Positions 52,373-59,688 of a stretch of 59,688 nt of DNA are shown here, one piece after another. Numbering within the stretch: position 1 is the first letter of the stretch; each line of letters opens with the position of its first letter. This DNA is from Octopus bimaculoides (Eukaryota): assembly GCF_001194135.2 (NCBI RefSeq), contig NC_068982.1:183866475-183926162 (forward strand). Reading direction: 5' to 3'. Position numbers and translations under genes: made by a program. Below the pieces are notes generated by a model. It was not told the origin of the DNA. It worked only from the letters and a program-made list of their open reading frames with translations, and ran no database searches.

Positions 52373-53089
52373 TATGTCGTTACTGTGAACCATTAGGCAT
52401 CTGTTAAAACAATAGTATTATCTAATTAAAATACATTATTATGAAAACATATGACATCAAATAAAGAGAAAAGTGAGTGGAATATGATTAGATTGAACTA
52501 TAAATTATTACAGAATAACATTGAAGTGAATTGAAATAAACAAAGAATATAAAGTGAAGAGAAAATAAAATGCAGAATTGTGTAGAGTGGAATAGTTAGT
52601 TGATGGCTATGTAAACTTATAATCTGTTCAATTAGAAGTGGTTGAAGAACAAACTGTAACTACGTTGCAGCAACTTTTAATAAAAACTTAATGAAATTCA
52701 ATAAAATTGATAGTTTAAAAGTAAATTGGAAATTGTTAGTTCAATAATTAAATATATTATGGCGGAGCGTTGATTGAGTCTGTGGCTAAACAATTAAATG
52801 AATATATTAAATGGTTGAACTTCGGATTTATCGGTTTCTATTGTGGTCTATGACAGATCATTATTAAATTAGAAAGCTTTTCTAATTTATGGAGCCGCCG
52901 TCGTCGTCGTTGTTGTTGTTGTTGTTGTTAAAAATGAACTTCGAAAGTGTTTTCTATCTCGCTAAAACGTGAACCTGATAAGGTATAACTTTTAAGGGTA
53001 ATGGACTAAAATATAAAACAAAAATATAAGACAATACAACCAAAAATGTGGGTGTATGGTCATTGTAATTACTTATTTGGAAATAAAAT

Positions 53090-53640
53090 TTGTTTTGAAA
53101 ATTTTTACGTTCAAAATATGCCTACAAGATTAGACATATCGCGAGCCTCGATTAAGTAGCTGGAGGTTTGAGATTAGAATTTTACAGGATTTTATTGTTA
53201 GTGTTATTTTACAGAAAATATAAGATTCTATCTTATTTTAAAACTCATGTTGTTCGACTTTAAATTCCAAATATACCTTGACAGAGATGTTTCCTCTTTT
53301 CTCTTCTGGGTCTGATATATGTATATATATTGGCAACATCCTTCTTTAGTGAATTGGTCATTAAAACTATTTATATGAATGAGGTCAAGCTGATATAGAC
53401 AGTGGTGCAATGAACTAATTATTTGTCTTTACAATATATTTCAAGCGGGCATTTAGTGTGAACACAATTAATTTCCGGCTGGGGAGTGAGTTTATCATTC
53501 CGATAAAGTAGAGTTTGCTGATATTCGCTAAATTCTGGGTCGAGATTGAAACTATTATACTTTTAACAGAGATTATAATTTTTTATTAGAAAAAGAAGAG
53601 AATCAGGTGAAACACAATGATTTGAAGGAGGAAATAAAAA
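53090..53640 (-). mobile_element. Penelope-like element GIY-YIG endonuclease region, decayed
   Basis: INCVHTKCPLEIYC linker, ETSLSRYIWNLKSNN, LLNRGS...SCRH, matching the Penelope C-terminal layout. Confidence 0.7.
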
Positions 53641-54432
53641 TAGAAATGTGACCTTGAAGAAAGTGGGTATTATACCTATTATGGTTTTTGCCGTTGTTGT
53701 CATCGTCGTCGTTGCTGTTGTTGTTGTTGTTGTTGTTGTCGTTGTTATTGGAGATTTGGGTATAATCAGTACTAACCTCACAAAATGGAATGAAAAAATA
53801 GGAGTTAAACGTAAATATAGAATATCTATAGATGACAGTATTGCTTGGAACTGCAAGAATCCTCCGTAGAATCCTCTGCTAAAAATCTAAATAAAAAATG
53901 TCTCCTTAGTCCACTGCTACAATCTCCAGCAAAGTTGCTATGTCAGACAAGATACGTGCACACAACACGTAGAAAAACATACAACTTTCGCACATAAACA
54001 TGCACAATATACACGCACACTATAGGGTCACACACTTCATTCACTAACACACACACACACATACACGTGTGCACACACCACTCGAACAAGCACACATTAA
54101 CTGCTACACAAAAGCGTTTGCACACACGCACACACGCATACACGCACACACGCATACACGCACACACGCATACACGCACACACGCATACACGCACACAGG
54201 CTCACATAATTTTAAGCTCACCCACACATACATTCACACGTGCTCGCCCCAATTCATACACGTACACTCACACACACCATTCTCACAGACACATACGTGC
54301 TTGCGCATCCTAGTTCAGACGGATCACCGTTATTATCTCCCTTTCATTCAGCTTCTTTCTTCCCATCATTTCATTGCGTCAAACGATTAAACCTTACACA
54401 TTTTTTACTCTCAACATTTTTTCCTCTCAACA

Positions 54433-54468
54433 CTTTCTGTCGAAGAGCGTAGGCTCGAAACGTCAAAG
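54433..54468 (+). ncRNA. minimal hammerhead-like motif with variant core (CUGUCGA)
   Basis: CUUU-CUGUCGA-A-GAGC[GUAG]GCUC-GAAA-C-GUC-AAAG; stems I and II pair perfectly; conserved A6 replaced by U. Confidence 0.6.
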
Positions 54469-54619
54469 ACTTTTCCACTTTTCCCAAGTGTTAAACTAAT
54501 ACACTTGCTTGTTATTCCCTCACCTGTCTTCGTCTTTTGTTTTCAAAAAATTTGAACTATGTATAAATATATTGGGTGTATATCAATACATGCATAGGCA
54601 GAAACATAGGTAGAAAAGA

Positions 54620-54887
54620 AAGAGATATGCAGGTAGGTAGGTAGGTAGGTAGGTAGGTTGGTAGGTAGGTAGGTTGGTTGGTTGGTTGGTTGGTTGGTTG
54701 GTTAGTAGATTCGCATTTAGTTATAAAATATACATATATATTATGCAACAATGCAACACACATACAAATAGATAGATAGATACATACATACATACATACA
54801 TACATACATACATACATGCATGCATACATACATACATACATGGATGCATACATACATACATACATGGATGCATACATGATACATACA

Positions 54888-54918
<31 letters not shown>

Positions 54919-54920
54919 CT
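54620..54920. repeat. compound tetranucleotide arrays (AGGT)(TGGT)(AGAT)(ACAT)(GCAT)
   Basis: Direct reading. Confidence 0.9.
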
Positions 54921-55670
54921 CGGACGTTTATAACGAGGATAGTAGACAAACGTTGAAAACTTATGGTAGCGGTATAACTGAATACCACGACCACCACCAC
55001 CCAAAAAAAACAATTACTCTCTCTGTCTTTGCCCTCTATTCACATGTACAAGAAGCCACGCTCTTTCTACTCTTTACCAATATCAATCTAGATTATTCTT
55101 TGTGGTTTTTCTGGACCTTTATTAGGCTCTAATTCAATACCAACACTAACAGTATTTTTATTGCTGTCAAGATTTATGTTACGTTGCCAAAAGCATCGAC
55201 CCCCGAAATCTCTTCTATTATCCTTCTTTTGTGTGAGCCCGCTTACAGAATTATGCAATGTATGTCTGCATATATAAATATGTAAATATAAAATATATGC
55301 GTGTGCTTGTGAGTGCATGTAAGTATATATGTATGTATGTGTATATATATATATATATATTGTCACTTCCAGAAATTTGTTCATATATTATTACATATAT
55401 TTGATGTATATATCAATGTATTCAATTGTATTATACGCGTATATATATATATATATATATACATATATANNNNNNNNNNNNNNNNNNNNNNNNNNNATAT
55501 ATATATATATATATATACATGTATATATACATATACACACACACAAACATACATATATGAGCATATACATATATGTGTGTGTGTATATATGTATGCATGT
55601 GTGTGTATGCATGCAAGCACGCACGTGTGTATGTAGATAGGTAGTTCTGTAGTATTATGTATGTGTGAAT

Positions 55671-55713
<43 letters not shown>

Positions 55714-57045
55714 TACATACATATATTCATGAATATATATGTACACACATACTCCACACAGCCACAGATACACACGTATGTATGCATGTGCATATATAAA
55801 TGTGCGTATATAATTCTTACACCTATCACAGATCCCAAAATTATATACAATAGATTCTATAGCCTACAACATTAAACAGAGTGCATGTTTGTATAATTCT
55901 TTGCTTATTACTTCGGCAAGAACACACACAGACACACACATTGAGAAAATGAATGACGTAATCGTCTCCGTTTTTTCTTTGACTTTCGGTAAAATATTAC
56001 CTCACCTCCGATTCGTTTATTTCTCAGTGTACATCACAGCACATTCCACATACATAGCTGATTCACCAAGCCACGGAAGAATGTGATTTTTCTGCCTAAT
56101 ATCATTGATTAAATGATTCGCAAACTATCGTTTCCTTTTTATTCCTTTTTTTTTTTTTCTATTTCTATTTTTATTTCTATTTCTCTTCTTGAAGAGCTCC
56201 AAAAGATGCTTCTGCTTATTGTGACTTCGCTAGCTTTTCTATGGATTGACTTTTGGCAATTTTTATCTCTAAATGGCCACTCGGGTTATGGAAATGGATT
56301 CTAGCGGCATGTTGCATAATAATAGTAATCAATTATGTAAGGCAATATCGACTTAGTGTAACATTACATCCGGTGGTGGCTGGATGGGAAGTACTGGGAG
56401 AGGTGAGGGGAGTAAGATTGAGTGGGAAAAGGTGTCTGAAGGGTTGTAGATTTTTATGATGGCTACTCGAAACTATGATTGAAGCATATGAGGATAAGAT
56501 AAATGGATAGATGGATATATGGATAGATAGACAGACAAACGTAGTTACAGAGTCAGATAGAGAAGAAGTCAGACAGAGAGGCAGGCACACAGATATAGAC
56601 ACCTTCAGCGATAGACAGATACAGACAGACATTGACAATTAGAGAGATAGATAGATACATACACACATACTATATAGATCGACAAATAGATAGATACATG
56701 CATGTGTTCATACATATATGTGATAGAACGACAGATAGATAGATAGATACATACATACATACATACATACATACATACATGAGGTTAAGAGTGTAGAAAT
56801 GTAAAACTTACTATTGAACTGAATAAAACATATATAAATATGTATGTACATTCAGATACGTATATAGATATATAGATTGGTATATAGATACGCATATAGA
56901 TAGATAAAGGGAGAGGTGGGAGAGATACACATTTATACTATACACACATAGAACTATATAGCTATTCATAATTCCGTAAATTTATACATACATATATACA
57001 GAGAAATATACATGCGGTGATGGACACACATAGATGCATGTAGAT

Positions 57046-57077
<32 letters not shown>

Positions 57078-57321
57078 NNNNNNNNNNNNNNNNNNNNNNN
57101 NNNNNNNNNNNNNNNNNNNNNNNNNNNNNNNNNNNNNNNNNNNNNNNNNNNNNNNNNNNNNNNNNNNNNNNNNNNNNNNNNNNNNNNNNNNNNNNNNNNN
57201 NNNNNNNNNNACGTAGATACATGTAGAAAATATTGATTCGTTGATACATATAGATACATATACACACAAAGATATACACCGATAAATATACATACGTTCA
57301 CACTAGAAACATATATCGTAG

Positions 57322-57362
<41 letters not shown>

Positions 57363-57995
57363 TCTCTGTATATTTATACACTCATACATGTATGCGAATA
57401 TATACACGTATTAGAGCCAATCTTTATGGCCGAAACATATCTAAGTTATCTAATTTGTGTGTGTGTGTTTGTGCATATGCGCAACCACAAACATTATACG
57501 GACATGTATGTATGTTTGTATGTGTGGGGGTGGGGCGGAGGTGTATATCGCGCGCTCGCACACACATATAGGTGTGTGTATGTTTATATGTGTTTTCCAC
57601 TGACTGAAATATATGTTTACTTATTTATTCAACATACATCCCATCTGACTGATAGCCCCACGTTTCCTCACAGACCAGCGCTGCTTAATACAGTGAATAA
57701 ACAAACTGCAAGACAGCTGTAATCCTTCCGTCTCCAAGACATGTCGCACAGTCGACAGCGTGGACAAGATGGCGGAAGAGATGTGTGGGAAGTAAACAGC
57801 TAAAGTATAGCTAGAACCGCACTGAATACCGGATGTTAAATCAGCAAGCTAAGTTGGACAGAAATAGAGTTGCTGCTTGATCTTAAAGATAAAGACACTA
57901 TCTTGACTGGCAACAGGTCACGTTTTTAGTTGATGAATGATATTTAAACATCAACATTAAGCAACATCAATGCTAATAATAATAATAATAATAAT

Positions 57996-58181
57996 CTCGA
58001 GAAGTACGTGGAACAAATAGGGGCTGTAATAAGGGTGGAGCACTTGCAGAAAAAGAGCACTGCTTGGAACCGCTCGAATACTCCAGAAGGTGCTCGAAAA
58101 ATAAGAGGTGTTACTTTAGGTCACTAGTAGTGAACAGCTGACACCGTAGTACATCTCCAGCGTTAGAAGCTGTGCAAAGGC
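57996..58181 (+). mobile_element. R4/Dong-like LINE 3' end within (AAT)n
   Basis: LEKYVEQIGAVIRVEHLQK(frameshift)ALLGTARILQKVLEK*, with (AAT)n on both sides. Confidence 0.8.
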
Positions 58182-58230
<49 letters not shown>

Positions 58231-58295
58231 TTAATAATAGTTGGGCTACAGCAAATATTCTGCTCAATACCACAGATTTGCTTGTCAGTTGTTTG

Positions 58296-59083
58296 GGATC
58301 TTTTTTAAAACGGGGGCCACATTTTTCATTAACGAAACACTTTGAAACTTGGAACACTGGTAGAATGTGTCATATAAAACATCTTNNNNNNNNNNNNNNN
58401 NNNNNNNNNNNNNNNNNNNNNNNNNNNNNNNNNNNNNNNNNNNNNNNNNNNNNNNNNNNNNNNNNNNNNNNNNNNNNNNNNNNNNNNNNNNNNNNNNNNN
58501 NNNNNNNNNNNNNNNNNNNNNNNNNNNNNNNNNNNNNNNNNNNNNNNNNNNNNNNNNNNNNNNNNNNNNNNNNNNNNNNNNNNNNNNNNNNNNNNNNNNN
58601 NNNNNNNNNNNNNNNNNNNNNNNNNNNNNNNNNNNNNNNNNNNNNNNNNNNNNNNNNNNNNNNNNNNNNNNNNNNNNNNNNNNNNNNNNNNNNNNNNNNN
58701 NNNNNNNNNNNNNNATAAACAAACGATTCTGAAACAATTAACCCTAACTCTAACCCTAACCCTAACCCTAACCCTAGGGTTAGGGTTAGGGTTAGGCTTA
58801 GGGTTAGGGTTAAAGCAAATTTAAAATGAAAAAAGCAAATAAAACGAAGAATCGTTTGTTTATGTAGTCGGCACTTAATGTATATCGGCTGAGTGGACGT
58901 CAGTGATTGGTTGAAATTATCGAAATAAGACAATTTTTTACATGAAATAAATTCGAATACAAAAATATTTTTCTGTTCTATAACACAAAATAGATAAGTA
59001 TACGAAGTTTGAAAGTCTTTCCGTACCAAAAACACTACGTAAAACATTAATGAAAAATGTGGCCCCCGTTTTAAAAAAGATCC
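58296..59083. mobile_element. non-autonomous DNA transposon (MITE), 37-bp perfect TIR, 8-bp TSD GTTGTTTG
   Basis: TIR GGATCTTTTTTAAAACGGGGGCCACATTTTTCATTAA at 58296-58332 and 59047-59083; TSD at 58288-58295 and 59084-59091. Confidence 0.92.
58738..58813. repeat. interstitial telomeric palindrome (CCCTAA)6/(TTAGGG)6
   Basis: Two 38-bp arms, 36/38 complementary, centred on CCCT|AGGG at 58775/58776. Confidence 0.95.
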
Positions 59084-59688
59084 GTTGTTTGACCTTAACC
59101 AGTTGAGCGTGTGGCTGACGATATATGCATCTTTGATCACGAGCAGAAGTAGTGAGGAAGCATCATAGCCATGTGTTGAGAGGAATTCTTTGGGGTTTGA
59201 ATAATTTACTTCCGGAAACATGAGTGTTTCGTTCAACGTCCTTGAATAAACCTTATTCAGGGACCGTTTGAGCGGGATGGGCTACTCGACCTGAAGAAAA
59301 TTTTAACTGGGCCCCACCTGCGAGGTCTTGATATTAGATCACCATGTCGCGCACATATGGTTGTGATGCATGTGCTTGATGTACCCTTATCAGACGGTTA
59401 GTCATGATGAGTATATTGGACTTCGTATACTTTACCACAGTATCACTTTGATGGCATGCACAGCTCTCTCGCTCAATAATAGTAATAACAATAATAATAA
59501 TAATGTGAGATCAACCACAACAACTACACTATTACCAATACCGATGTTAATATGACCAAGAAGCCTGTATGTGGTCCATCGATCTACTAGATATAACGAC
59601 CATATCTCTCTCAAGTTATACCCTGTCGTCTTGGGAAAGACTGTGTTGGATAACGGAGTATTACATGTTTTAAATATAAACTACGATA

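Larger units (their letters stand above)
58240..59474. mobile_element. unclassified interspersed element between (AAT)n arrays, split by the MITE
   Basis: Non-repetitive sequence bounded by (AAT)n at both ends, continuous across the MITE TSD; repeat status inferred, only one copy in the window. Confidence 0.5.

Noticed and set aside
58738-58813. Chromosome end-to-end fusion scar or true telomere
   Set aside because: Repeat polarity is opposite to a fusion, there are only six units per arm, and the tract lies inside TIRs and a TSD
58370-59236. 288-aa minus-strand ORF as MITE transposase
   Set aside because: AT-rich noise plus telomeric LTLTLGLGL and N gap; no DDE-type motifs

Overview
AT-rich, gap-ridden, microsatellite-dense animal DNA whose repeats look like an Octopus (coleoid cephalopod) draft scaffold; the species call is inferred from the SINE families and repeat density. 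No intact protein-coding gene is evident, and almost all listed ORFs are microsatellite or N-gap artefacts. The window holds at least three tRNA-headed SINE families (labelled A, B, C here; some copies have clear TSDs) and decayed non-LTR retrotransposons: R4/Dong-like RT-REL, two L1/Tx1-like, RTE, CR1/L2-like and Penelope GIY-YIG. It also contains a degenerate initiator tRNA-Met, several minisatellites and two Penelope-type minimal hammerhead ribozyme motifs. The most striking object is a MITE-like element at 58296-59083 with perfect 37-bp TIRs and an 8-bp TSD, carrying a symmetric (CCCTAA)6-(TTAGGG)6 telomeric palindrome. Boundaries of decayed elements are approximate.
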